From: Alphaproteobacteria bacterium
GTDB lineage: Bacteria; Pseudomonadota; Alphaproteobacteria; UBA828
Assembly: GCA_965220745.1 (NCBI GenBank)
Contig: CBDCQT010000007.1
Span: forward strand, 256,001-320,000
DNA: 64,000 nucleotides
Reading direction: 5' to 3'
Positions 49,243 to 58,035 of the stretch are shown here, one piece after another. Position numbers and translations under genes: made by a program. The notes under the pieces were generated by a model. The model did not search any database, was not told the DNA's origin, and saw only the letters and a list, made by a program, of their open reading frames with translations. How positions within the stretch are numbered: position 1 is the stretch's first letter; each line of letters begins with the position of its first letter.

Positions 49243-50253
49243 GTGAGCGAGCCGGTTCTCAGCGTGCGCGGCCTCAAGACCCACTTTCGCCTGCGCACCG
49301 GCACGTTGAAGGCGGTGGACGGCCTCTCCTTCGAGCTTCAGGCCGGGCGCGTGCTCTGCATCGTGGGCGAATCCGGCTCCGGCAAGAGCGTGACCGCGCA
49401 GTCGATCATGCGCCTGATCGAGCTGCCGGGGCGGATCGTCGACGGCGACATCTCGTTCCGCGACCAGGACCTGCTGGCGCTCACCGAGCACGAGATGGAG
49501 GACCTGCGCGGCAACCGCATCGGCATGATCTTTCAGGACCCGATGACCTCGCTCAACCCGGTCTTCACCATCGGCGAGCAGATCGTCGAGACCATCATCG
49601 CGCACACCGGGGCGAGCAAGGAGGAGGCCCGCGCCCGCGCGGTGGAGCTGATGCGCCTCGTCGGCATCCCCGAGCCCGAGGGCAGGCTCACCGATTACCC
49701 GCACCAGTTCTCGGGCGGCATGCGCCAGCGCGTGCTGATCGCCATCGCCATCGCCTGCGAGCCCGACATCCTCATCGCGGACGAGCCGACCACCGCGCTC
49801 GACGTCACCATCCAGGCGCAGATCCTGCGCCTGCTCTCGGACATCCAGAAGAAGCTCGGCAGCGCCATGATCCTCATCACCCACGATCTCGGCGTGGTCT
49901 CGGCCATGGCCGACGAGGTGCTGGTGATGTATTCCGGGCGGATGGTCGAATACGGCGACGTGAAGACCATCTTCCGCAACCCCCGGCACCCGTACACCCT
50001 CGGCCTGCTGGATTCGATCATCAAGCTCGACGATTCCCGCGAGTCCGAGCTGCGCTCGATCTCCGGCCTGCCGCCGATTCCCATCGACCCGCCGCCGGGC
50101 TGCGCCTTCCGCGACCGCTGCGTGAAGGCGATGGACATCTGCGGCACCCAGGACCCGCCCTGGGTCGAGACCGCGACCGGCTCCACTGCCGTCTGCCACG
50201 CCGTCGAGGCGGAGGAGGGCGCCGCTGGGGCCGGGCAGGGGGCCGCGCCATGA
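49243..50253 (+). CDS. DppD-like ABC ATP-binding protein
   Basis: [39 protein letters not shown]. Confidence 0.94.
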   Translation: MSEPVLSVRGLKTHFRLRTGTLKAVDGLSFELQAGRVLCIVGESGSGKSVTAQSIMRLIELPGRIVDGDISFRDQDLLALTEHEMEDLRGNRIGMIFQDPMTSLNPVFTIGEQIVETIIAHTGASKEEARARAVELMRLVGIPEPEGRLTDYPHQFSGGMRQRVLIAIAIACEPDILIADEPTTALDVTIQAQILRLLSDIQKKLGSAMILITHDLGVVSAMADEVLVMYSGRMVEYGDVKTIFRNPRHPYTLGLLDSIIKLDDSRESELRSISGLPPIPIDPPPGCAFRDRCVKAMDICGTQDPPWVETATGSTAVCHAVEAEEGAAGAGQGAAP

Positions 50254-51269
50254 GCGACATCACCACCGGCGGCGGCGCCGGCCGCGGCGCGAACGGCGGC
50301 GAAGGCCCTCTCCTCTCGGTCGAGGGGCTGGTCAAGCACTTCAAGCTCGACCCCAAGGGCCTGTTCGACGCGCCGCCGATCCTGCGTGCGGTGGACGGCG
50401 TCGACTTCGACGTGATGCGGGGCGAGACCCTCGGCCTCGTCGGCGAATCCGGCTGCGGCAAGTCGACGACAGCGCGCCTCGTCCTGCGGCTGATCGAGCC
50501 CACCGCAGGCTCGGTCACCCTCGACGACGTGGACGTGCTGGCGTGCTCCAAGAAGGAGCTGCTGGCGCTCAGGCGCGAGATGCAGATCGTCTTCCAGGAC
50601 CCGCTCAGCTCGCTCAACCCGCGCATGTCGATCGGCAACCAGATCGCCGAGCCGCTCCGCTTCCACGGCATCGGCGACAAGGTGGACCGCTTCGACCGCG
50701 CCCGCGAGTTCCTGGAGGTCGTGGGCCTCAGCTCGGACTATTACGACCGCCTGCCGCACGAGTTCTCCGGCGGGCAGAACCAGCGCGTCGCCATCGCGCG
50801 CGCGCTCATCCTGCAGCCCAAGCTGCTGATCCTCGACGAGCCGGTCTCCGCCCTCGACGTCTCGATCCGCGCCCAGATCCTGCGACTCCTGATCGACCTG
50901 CAGGGGCGCTTCCAGCTCACCTACGTCTTCATCTCCCACGACCTCTCGGTGGTGAAGCGCTTCTGCAACCGCACCGCCGTGCTCTACCTCGGCCGCATCG
51001 TGGAGATTGCAGAGAGCGAGAGCCTCTACCGCGAGCCGCTGCACCCCTACTCCCAGGCGCTGATCAGCGCGATCCCGGAGGCCAACCCCGACGGCCCCCG
51101 CGCGGATTCCCTCGGCGGGCTCGAGGGCGACGTGCCGAGCCCGATCAGCCCGCCCACCGGCTGCCCCTTCCACACCCGCTGCCCGCACCGGATGCCCGAA
51201 TGCTCCGAGCAGACCCCGGTGCTCAAGGAAGTCAAGCCCGGCCACCAGGTCGCCTGCTTCCTGCACTGA
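50250..51269 (+). CDS. DppF-like ABC ATP-binding protein
   Basis: [39 protein letters not shown]. Confidence 0.94.
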   Translation: MSDITTGGGAGRGANGGEGPLLSVEGLVKHFKLDPKGLFDAPPILRAVDGVDFDVMRGETLGLVGESGCGKSTTARLVLRLIEPTAGSVTLDDVDVLACSKKELLALRREMQIVFQDPLSSLNPRMSIGNQIAEPLRFHGIGDKVDRFDRAREFLEVVGLSSDYYDRLPHEFSGGQNQRVAIARALILQPKLLILDEPVSALDVSIRAQILRLLIDLQGRFQLTYVFISHDLSVVKRFCNRTAVLYLGRIVEIAESESLYREPLHPYSQALISAIPEANPDGPRADSLGGLEGDVPSPISPPTGCPFHTRCPHRMPECSEQTPVLKEVKPGHQVACFLH

Positions 51270-51288
51270 GCCCGGCCCGGGCCGTCAG

Positions 51289-51535
51289 GCCCGGACGGCG
51301 CGATAGCGCCGCGCGCGAAGCGCGGAGCCAAGCGAGCGGAGCGAGCGCCCGGCGATTGAGGGAAATGAAAGAGGCAGGTCCGGAGCGCGCGACCGCGCGC
51401 CGCGCCGAAGGCGCGTAGCGTCGCGCGTTCACGCGCGCGGAGCGCACGATCGAACGGAGTTCGCGCCCGGCGCCTGAGGGAAGTGAAAGAGTCAGCGTCC
51501 GGCGACTGAGGGAAATGAAAGAGTCAGCGCCCGCG
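51289..51535. repeat. Family A composite repeat block, left of the DUF3486 gene
   Basis: Core copies at 51345-51373, 51463-51491 and 51495-51523; 34-bp exact match of 51376-51409 to 52506-52539. Confidence 0.85.
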
Positions 51536-51537
51536 CC

Positions 51538-52326
51538 TCACTCCGGCCCGAGGGACAGGATCGATGTGGGACTGGTGCGAAACACCCGCGGCGCGATTTC
51601 CGTCCAGGATTCATAGCAATTATCCGGACTCAAGTGAGATTCGCCGGGATCAGCTGGGATCGATGGGTATAGGCGAGCTTCGGCGGGGTTCCACGGGTCC
51701 ACCGGCACCGACGTGACGGTGCGGGGAGCAGGCGGGGGTGGCGGGGGCCTGCCCTCCACCTCCGCACGGATGATGGCGACGGCCTCCGGCGAGAGCCCGC
51801 CCTGGCCCTTGGCCCGGCCGGCGCCCTGCGCCGCCTTCTCTGCCGCCCGCTCCCGGTCTTTGCGGAGCTTGTCGGTGCCTTCGATGCGCTTGAGGGTGAG
51901 GGCGAGGCGGGCGAGCTCCTCCGTCGAGACGGGCTCTTCCCGCGCGCTGAGACGAGCCATGGTGGCGAGCGCCATGGTCCGCAGGGTCTCGATCAGCACG
52001 AGCCCCGCCTGGCCCTCCGGGCGCTCGCCCAGCGCATCCACCCACGCCTTGATGGTGCGGTCGGTCTCCTGCTGCTGGCGGATCAAGTCGCGCATGTTCT
52101 TGGCGTAGCGGCCGACGGCCGAGCGCGAGCATGTCTCGCCTTCGGCTCGGATGCGGGCGGTGATCTCGTCGATGGTGGCGCCGTCCGCGATGGCCCGATC
52201 GACGGCCTCGCGGAGCTTGGCCGGCAGGCGGTCGATGGAGGAGCGGCCGAACGTCCCGGCCGTTGTGCTCTTGGGGGGTTCGTTTTGCATGGCGTGGCAG
52301 TGCTCGCTGGATGGTTCCTGGCTCAT
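51538..52326 (-). CDS. Phage Mu gp27-like (DUF3486) HTH protein with Pro-rich C-terminal extension
   Basis: RSSIDRLP..LRE....I.DG.TIDEI...I......SRSAVGRY and GGLSPEAVAIIR match the recalled DUF3486 pattern; no other phage genes nearby. Confidence 0.7.
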   Translation of the reverse strand: MSQEPSSEHCHAMQNEPPKSTTAGTFGRSSIDRLPAKLREAVDRAIADGATIDEITARIRAEGETCSRSAVGRYAKNMRDLIRQQQETDRTIKAWVDALGERPEGQAGLVLIETLRTMALATMARLSAREEPVSTEELARLALTLKRIEGTDKLRKDRERAAEKAAQGAGRAKGQGGLSPEAVAIIRAEVEGRPPPPPPAPRTVTSVPVDPWNPAEARLYPSIPADPGESHLSPDNCYESWTEIAPRVFRTSPTSILSLGPE

Positions 52327-52436
52327 CCCGCGATGCTGCCCCACGCCGCCCCTCCCTGTGCACCGCACCATGGTCCGGGGCACGCTACCGGCAACCGACG
52401 AGGCGTTTGCCCATAGAGGGACCGGGCTGCGCAGCG

Positions 52437-52636
52437 GCCCGGACGGCGCGACTGCGCCGCGCGCGCCAGCGAACTAAGCGTCTGCCAAGAAGAAGGCCGG
52501 ACCGTAGGTCCGGAGCGCGCGACCGCGCGCCGCGCCGAATGGCGCGTAGGCAAGCGAACGGAGTGAGCGCCCGCCGTCGAGGGAAATGAAAAAGCTCGCG
52601 CCCGGCGATTGAGGGAACTGAAAATGCTCGCGTCCG
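52437..52636. repeat. Family A composite repeat block, right of the DUF3486 gene
   Basis: GCCCGGACGGCGCGA..GCGCCGCGCGCG start shared with 51289; core copies at 52567-52594 and 52598-52626; same orientation as the left block. Confidence 0.85.
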
Positions 52637-52637
52637 C

Positions 52638-52669
52638 TTGCCGACAAGTCAGACTGGTCGTATAGTCTG
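52638..52669 (+). promoter_or_regulatory. Sigma70 promoter and palindromic operator of the TA operon
   Basis: TTGCCG (52638)-17 bp-TATAGT (52661); inverted repeat CAGACT-N8-AGTCTG overlapping the -10. Confidence 0.65.
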
Positions 52670-52692
52670 GTCTAATTGATGCGGAGGCGGCG

Positions 52693-52935
52693 ATGGATCG
52701 GATCGGTGCCTACGAGGCCAAGACGCACCTGCCTCGCTTGCTCGACCGCGTCGCGCGGGGCGAGAGCCTGACCATCACGCGCCACGGCAAGCCCGTCGCG
52801 CGGCTGGTACCCGTGGCGGGCGACCGCGAGCGGGCAAGGGAAGCCGCCGCCCGCATCGTCGAACGCCGCCGTCACCTCAAGCAGGTGCCCTTGGCGGACC
52901 TGCTGGCGACGATCCACGAGGGACACCGCTATTGA
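52693..52935 (+). CDS. Phd/YefM family antitoxin
   Basis: IGAYEAKTHLPRLLDRV..GE...ITRHGKPVARLVP; GGAGG RBS. Confidence 0.92.
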   Translation: MDRIGAYEAKTHLPRLLDRVARGESLTITRHGKPVARLVPVAGDRERAREAAARIVERRRHLKQVPLADLLATIHEGHRY

Positions 52936-53357
52936 CGACCATCGTCATCGACAACTCGGTGTTCCTTTCCTGGTGCCTGGGAGACGAGGGCGACCCCAGA
53001 GCGGCCCGCGCCATGCAGCGGGTCGCGGAGGAGGGCGGCGTCGTCCCCCGGATCTGGTGGTACGAGTTGCGCAACGCGCTGCTGATGAACGAGCGCTGGG
53101 GCCGCATCAGCCCGCAGCAGGTCTCGGATACCCTCGATGACAGTCTGGCGCTGGGTATCGCCATCGACGACGAGCACGATGGATCGCTGCTTCTCGAGCT
53201 GGCTCGCCAGCAGGAGCTCTCCGTCTACGACGCCGCCTATCTGGAGGTCGCCTTCCGCCGCAGCCTTCCGCTGGCAACGCTCGACCGCCGTCTCCACGAG
53301 GCAGCCCTGGCGATCGGGGTCGCCACCGACGGCCCCCGCCGACCGCCCCCTGCCTGA
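52932..53357 (+). CDS. vapC: VapC PIN-domain toxin
   Basis: IVIDNS, YELRNAL, LSVYDAAYL, LATLDRRL; 4-nt overlap with the antitoxin. Confidence 0.9.
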   Translation: MTTIVIDNSVFLSWCLGDEGDPRAARAMQRVAEEGGVVPRIWWYELRNALLMNERWGRISPQQVSDTLDDSLALGIAIDDEHDGSLLLELARQQELSVYDAAYLEVAFRRSLPLATLDRRLHEAALAIGVATDGPRRPPPA

Positions 53358-53430
53358 TGTGGCCTGAGACGGCAATGACCTGACAGTTCGGTTCGCTGCC
53401 GCGCAGCCGCCGAGCCCCCGCCCGTTCCCC

Positions 53431-53464
53431 ACTTCGTCATGCGCGGACTTGTTCCGCGCATCCA
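53431..53464 (+). repeat. CGTC-tagged palindrome (family C), left of GIY-YIG
   Basis: ACTT-CGTC-ATGCGCGGA-CTTGT-TCCGCGCAT-CCA. Confidence 0.8.
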
Positions 53465-53478
53465 TATTCGACGCAGGC

Positions 53479-53773
53479 TCACGGCAGGGTTTCGTAGTGG
53501 TCGTCCCAATCGGGGTTATGCGCGACGATGAGATCGACCTTCCAGGCGTGCGACCAGTGCTTCATGGTCCCGTTCCCGCTGGATGGCTGCGGCGATTTCG
53601 TCATGGCGCTCCGCGTAGACGAGCCGGGTCAGACGGTACCGCTTGGTGAACCCTTCAACCAGGCCTTCGCGGTGTTCCCACGCCCTGCGCGCGATATCGC
53701 TGGTGACACCGAGATAGAGCGTGCCGTTGGTTCGGTTGGTCGTGATGTAGACCCAGCCCCCGCCCTTTCTCAT
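53479..53773 (-). pseudogene. Short GIY-YIG nuclease (UPF0213-like) with a +1 frameshift
   Basis: MRKGGGWVYITTNRTNGTLYLGVTSD..RR..EH...AIQRER, then an extra G at 53569-53571; the shifted frame continues TMKHWSHAWKVDLIVAHNPDWDDHYETLP*. Confidence 0.85.
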
Positions 53774-53792
53774 GCTCCCATGCTGCAACCCG

Positions 53793-53844
53793 TGGATGCC
53801 CGGAACACCCCCGGACTTGATCCGGGGGCCGGGCATGACGAAGT
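53793..53844 (-). repeat. CGTC-tagged palindrome (family C), right of GIY-YIG, inverted, with a nested hairpin
   Basis: Reverse complement ACTT-CGTC-ATGCCCGG-[CCCCCGGATCAAGTCCGGGGG]-TGTTCCGGGCATCCA. Confidence 0.8.
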
Positions 53845-54354
53845 AAGGAGCTGGCCTCAGCGCGGTCGCGTGAGTCCCTATGTCTGCGAACGGGCGTTCG
53901 ATACGAGAGGGGCACGTAGCCAAGCGAGTGTCGCGTCCACGCAAGCGTTACCATGTTCAACGTTCAGAGATCGGCGGGTAGTAAGTCCACGCAGAACCCA
54001 CCGGTCCTCACAGGGCAAGTACAATTGCGCTAAAGGATCCGCTCAGGTTTACTTGGAAGCACGCGGCAGACGAGCTATAGCGGCCCCAACTGATCCCAGT
54101 TGCCACGGCGCAAACCAGTGTTTCAAGTTAGTGGAAAATTAGAGAAGTGTGCTGACAATCTTTCCTTAGTGCTACCCGGAACTAACTTTCCCAGCGGCGC
54201 CAACACTACTAATGCCGACCAAAGGTCAGTCCAAGAAACTCTTTTGTTACCGCCCGAGCGCGCGTGCGTACGGAAGCGGCAACGCTAGAGACAGCTGAAC
54301 ATCTATAGACGGCTCCTCTTCAGACATTGGCCGCGTTGTCATGGGATGCTTCAG

Positions 54355-55401
54355 CTACGAGCCCCGCGAAACAAGTTTGAGCAGGCTCTGCAGAAAGGAC
54401 TCGATCGTTTCCTTATCCGCAGTTGGACGCGCTACCTGTCCGGCTGTTCTCGCCTTCTCTTTCTCCGGCACGTAATTTCTCTCTGTCTGCGTGAGTAACA
54501 ATATCACTTGCCCGATAGACGACTTGTCATTCGAAAGAAGAGCCAACCGCACCGCCAGATATTTTGCCTCGATGTTGGTAAGTTCATTCTGAAAATACTT
54601 GATCTCTCGCAGGCTATTGCTGTAAAGACGCAAGAAAAAGTAAGCCAAAACCTCAACCGCTATGACCAAAGAGATTAGTGGGACAAACTGTTCTGTAAAG
54701 GCCAGCGCGCTGCCTCCAGAATGCCCTTTTGTCACGACATAATACGCGAGTATCGCCATGCCCAATAGTGCTACGAATATTCCTATGACGAGATTTACAT
54801 TTCCCCGACGGAATAAGCTTTCTAACTCATTTTGTAGTCGACGTGTCGTAGTAGAGTACTCACTGTTTAGTTCATTTATCAGCTCTAATGTTGTCCGATC
54901 CTCCTCTACAGCTTCACGAATATCATTCAGAAACTGCTCCGTTGCAGTCTGCTCTATAGCACGCCGCAAACGATTCACATATTCTGTCTTTTCGACTTCC
55001 GAAATATCGTGGCGAGGAGTTTCTTGAAGTTTGAGTTGCTCTTCTAAATCTAACAGCTTACTCTGTACGTGCGAGTCTGTCGCTGCAATCTTCGTGTCCA
55101 ACCTCTGAATTCTGTTTGCTAATTGCCGGTATGAGGCGGTTACGCTTCCGAGTTCTGATTCCGTAGAATCTTGTCTCCTAAATCCAATTTGGAGGTAATA
55201 CATCAGCATACCGACACCGGACAAAGAAAATAGACCCAATGCAATTACCATCATAACATTGGGGATCAAGCCCGAGGTTACATAACCAATTTCTGCACCA
55301 AGCGCGTACGTTAATAGTATCAGGAGTAGTCCCAGTAATGCGGGAATACCAAGAATTAAAATACGAAAGCGTCGTTGCAGATAGTGAGATTTGTCAGTCA
55401 T
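54355..55401 (-). CDS. AT-rich hypothetical membrane protein (2TM - coiled coil - 2TM)
   Basis: 348-aa ORF in clearly AT-richer DNA; two hydrophobic pairs flank a long charged helical region. Confidence 0.75.
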   Translation of the reverse strand: MTDKSHYLQRRFRILILGIPALLGLLLILLTYALGAEIGYVTSGLIPNVMMVIALGLFSLSGVGMLMYYLQIGFRRQDSTESELGSVTASYRQLANRIQRLDTKIAATDSHVQSKLLDLEEQLKLQETPRHDISEVEKTEYVNRLRRAIEQTATEQFLNDIREAVEEDRTTLELINELNSEYSTTTRRLQNELESLFRRGNVNLVIGIFVALLGMAILAYYVVTKGHSGGSALAFTEQFVPLISLVIAVEVLAYFFLRLYSNSLREIKYFQNELTNIEAKYLAVRLALLSNDKSSIGQVILLLTQTERNYVPEKEKARTAGQVARPTADKETIESFLQSLLKLVSRGS

Positions 55402-55506
55402 TATTCATCAACCAATCAATTTCGATTAGGAAAGTATCGTCCGAGGGTAAGCATTGAGAGTGGGGTAGGTGTCTTTTGACCCCAACCTTAAGCTCACCTC
55501 CACCCC

Positions 55507-56295
55507 CTACTCCCTATACCCCGCATCCGTCTGATCCAGCATGCGCATGAAGGCCTGGAACTCCAGCGCGCCGATGTCGCCCACGTGAGTGGAGAAGTCG
55601 TCGATCTCGCGGAGCGACTTCTCGCACACCTCTTCCGGCACATGCACCAGGCTTGAGTTCATCGCGAGGGCGTCCACCTGCGTCTTGCAGGCGGTCTCGA
55701 GGCGATGCAGGTAGAGGAAGGCCTCGGGGATCGTCCGCGCCACCGTCACCAGCCCGTGGTTGCGCAGGATGAGCGCGCGGTTCCGGCCGAGGTCGCGCAC
55801 CAGCCGCGCCTTCTCGGCCTCGCTCACGATCGCGCCTTCGTACTCGTGATAGCCCACCATGCCGTGGAAGAGCGTCGCGTCCAGGCTGATCGGCAGCAGC
55901 CCGCATTCCAGCGCCGCCACCGCCATGCCCGCCGGCGAGTGCGTGTGCATGACGCAGTGCGCGTCCGGCGCGCCGGCGTGGATCGCGCCGTGGATGGCGT
56001 AGCCGGCCGCGTTCACCGACCACTCGCTCTCGCCCACGATCTCGCCCTCCAGCGTGATCTTGACCAGGTTCGCCGCCGTCACCTCGCCGTAGCGCAGCCC
56101 GTAGGGGTTGATGAGGAAGTGCCGCTCCGGCCCCGGCACGCGCACGGTGAGGTGGCCGTAGATCGACTCGTTCCAGCCGAAATGCTCGACCAGCCGGTAG
56201 GCGGCGGCGAGCTGCACGCGAAGCTCGGCTTCGCTCGGCACCAGCTGGATGGTCTCGAACTTCGCCGTGGCAGCCTCGGCTGTGGATGTGCTCAT
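55507..56295 (-). CDS. Class II aldolase/adducin family protein
   Basis: LRVQLAAAYRL, GHLTVR, INPYGL, IHGAIH, CVMHTHS, LILRNHG. Confidence 0.92.
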   Translation of the reverse strand: MSTSTAEAATAKFETIQLVPSEAELRVQLAAAYRLVEHFGWNESIYGHLTVRVPGPERHFLINPYGLRYGEVTAANLVKITLEGEIVGESEWSVNAAGYAIHGAIHAGAPDAHCVMHTHSPAGMAVAALECGLLPISLDATLFHGMVGYHEYEGAIVSEAEKARLVRDLGRNRALILRNHGLVTVARTIPEAFLYLHRLETACKTQVDALAMNSSLVHVPEEVCEKSLREIDDFSTHVGDIGALEFQAFMRMLDQTDAGYRE

Positions 56296-56446
56296 CGCTC
56301 TCTCCCCTTTGTCGCTCACGGCAGCCGGCCTACGGCCGGCGCCTCCGCGTCGCGCGGCCACGCGCGCCGGGGCGCGCGATGTGCGCCGCTTTCGCGGCGG
56401 GCCGCGGTCGCAGCCTGTCGCGCGTCCGCCAAAGACGGACGCGCTA
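56296..56446. repeat. Family B element filling the hydratase-aldolase intergenic space
   Basis: CGCTCTCTC.CCTT..TCGCTCACGGCAGCCGGCC ... GCGGCGGGCCGC ... TCGCGCGTCCG.CAAAG.CGGACGCGCT shared with 25901-26048. Confidence 0.8.
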
Positions 56447-57253
56447 CCCCTCGAAGTGTACCTCGGCCTGGCCGATGGGGCCGAACTCGGCGGTCACGGT
56501 GTCGCCCGGCTGGCACTGCACCACGTCGGCCGCGCTGCCGGTGGTGACCACGTGGCCGGTCTCCAGCGTGAGCCCGCGCGCGCTCAGGTGGTTCGCCAGC
56601 CAGACCATGACGTTCCACGGATCGCCCAGCACGTTGGCGCCCGCGCCCTCGCTCACCACCTCGCCGTTCACGCGCACGATCACCGGCTGGCCCGCGAGGT
56701 CGTGGTCGAGCCCGCCCGCCGCCGCCGGCCCGAGGCAGAGCATGCAGCCGATGGCGTTGTCGCCGATCAGGTCCGGCGCCTTCATGGAGAGCCAGTCGGC
56801 GTAACGGGAATCCGGCACCTCGATGGCTGGGTGCACGCTCGCCACCGCCGCCCGCACCTCCTCCCGCGTGTAGGGCGCGGCCCGCGGGGCGAGCGCGCTC
56901 GCCATCACGAAGTCGAACTCCGCCTCGATCGCGTAGAAGTTCACCGTGTTCGCGGGCACGCGAAGCGGGCTCCCGCCCACGTGGTCCGCGAAGAGGCGGC
57001 CGGAGAACGGCGCGTCCACGCCGAAGCGCGCCTGCACCTGCGCGTTGGTGGCGCCGATCTTGTAGCCCGCGAGCGCGAGGCCGGCCGTCGCCGCGAGCCC
57101 GTCCTGCACCGCGTAGGCGTCTTCCAGCGTGCCGGGCCGGCAGTCCGCCGGCAGCGCGTCCATCTGCGTGCGTTCTTGCCAGGCCTCCCACAGGAGCGCG
57201 CCGCCTCTAGCCATGTCTTTCGCGCGCGTCCCGCGCGACGCCTCTCGGCCCAT
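56444..57253 (-). CDS. 2-keto-4-pentenoate hydratase-like (FAH superfamily)
   Basis: DAYAVQ, GYKIGAT, IEAEF, PAIEVPDSR, DN, VLGDP, WLANHL, VVTTGS; AAGGAG RBS before ATG 57253. Confidence 0.85.
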   Translation of the reverse strand: MGREASRGTRAKDMARGGALLWEAWQERTQMDALPADCRPGTLEDAYAVQDGLAATAGLALAGYKIGATNAQVQARFGVDAPFSGRLFADHVGGSPLRVPANTVNFYAIEAEFDFVMASALAPRAAPYTREEVRAAVASVHPAIEVPDSRYADWLSMKAPDLIGDNAIGCMLCLGPAAAGGLDHDLAGQPVIVRVNGEVVSEGAGANVLGDPWNVMVWLANHLSARGLTLETGHVVTTGSAADVVQCQPGDTVTAEFGPIGQAEVHFEG

Positions 57254-57282
57254 TCCCGCTCTCCTTGCCGCGTTACCTATTG

Positions 57283-58032
57283 TCACTCCGCCGCGCGCTG
57301 GGTACCGCCAGCCGCCATCAGGTCCACGAAATTCCGGAAGAGCCGGCTGCCGTTGGCGCGCAGCGTCTCCTCTTCGCGCACCGCGTCCGCCACCATGCGC
57401 GCGAAGGCGCCCTCGCCCTGATCCCGCTCCAGCGCGGCGATGTATTCCGGGAAGGCCTCCGTCGCCTGCACCAGCGCCGCATCCACCTCCATGTGGAACT
57501 GCACGCCGTAGGCACGCGGCGCGAGCCGATAGGCCTGCACCGCGCAGGCCTCGGAGGTGGCGAGCAGCACCGCCTGCCGCGGCATCGCGGTCACCGCGTT
57601 CAGGTGCCACTGCATGGTGAGCGGCGCGGCCGGCAACCCGGCGAAGAGCGGGTCGGCGCGGCCCGCCTCGGTCAGCGCGAAGTCGACGATGCCGACCTCG
57701 GCCTCGGCCAGCGGCTCGACGGTGCCGCCATGCGCGTCCGCCAGCAGCTGACAGCCGAGGCAGACGCCGAGCACCGGCATGCCCTCCGCCACCGCGTCGC
57801 GCAGCAAGGCCTTCTCGGTGCCAAGCCAGGGATGAAGGTGCTCCTCGTCCGCCTGCTGCGGCCCGCCCATGGCGAGCACCGCGTCGTAGTCCTCGAGTGC
57901 AGGAAAGGGTTCGCCCTGCCAGGGGTCGCAGGCACGCCATTCGATGCCCGCCTGCTCCATGACCTCGCCGAAGAAGCCCGGCTGGTCGATCTCCGAATGC
58001 CGGATGACCAGCACCCGGCGGGGCGCCGCCAT
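57283..58032 (-). CDS. Type 1 glutamine amidotransferase-like protein
   Basis: MGGPQ, LGVCLGCQLLA, QWH, GVQFHME (Cys-His-Glu triad). Confidence 0.88.
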   Translation of the reverse strand: MAAPRRVLVIRHSEIDQPGFFGEVMEQAGIEWRACDPWQGEPFPALEDYDAVLAMGGPQQADEEHLHPWLGTEKALLRDAVAEGMPVLGVCLGCQLLADAHGGTVEPLAEAEVGIVDFALTEAGRADPLFAGLPAAPLTMQWHLNAVTAMPRQAVLLATSEACAVQAYRLAPRAYGVQFHMEVDAALVQATEAFPEYIAALERDQGEGAFARMVADAVREEETLRANGSRLFRNFVDLMAAGGTQRAAE

Positions 58033-58035
58033 GCC

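Noticed and set aside
47306-51269. 641-aa and 703-aa ORFs as fused ABC subunits
   Set aside because: The N-terminal parts are off-frame overlaps of dppB and dppD; the real starts are 48305 and 50250 with ATGA overlaps.
51345-51535. 29-bp repeats as a CRISPR array
   Set aside because: Copies are degenerate, spaced irregularly (3 bp versus about 90 bp between copies), the intervening DNA is itself repeated elsewhere, and no cas genes are present.
51538-53357. Prophage
   Set aside because: Only one phage-like gene; no terminase large subunit, portal, capsid, transposase or integrase.
53850-54350. Moderately AT-rich spacer as a gene or ncRNA
   Set aside because: Only short ORFs without motifs and no convincing structure; probably decayed foreign DNA.
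55443-55500. Imperfect palindrome upstream of the AT-rich gene as an integron attC site
   Set aside because: It lacks RYYYAAC/GTTRRRY ends and no integrase is present; more likely a terminator-like hairpin.
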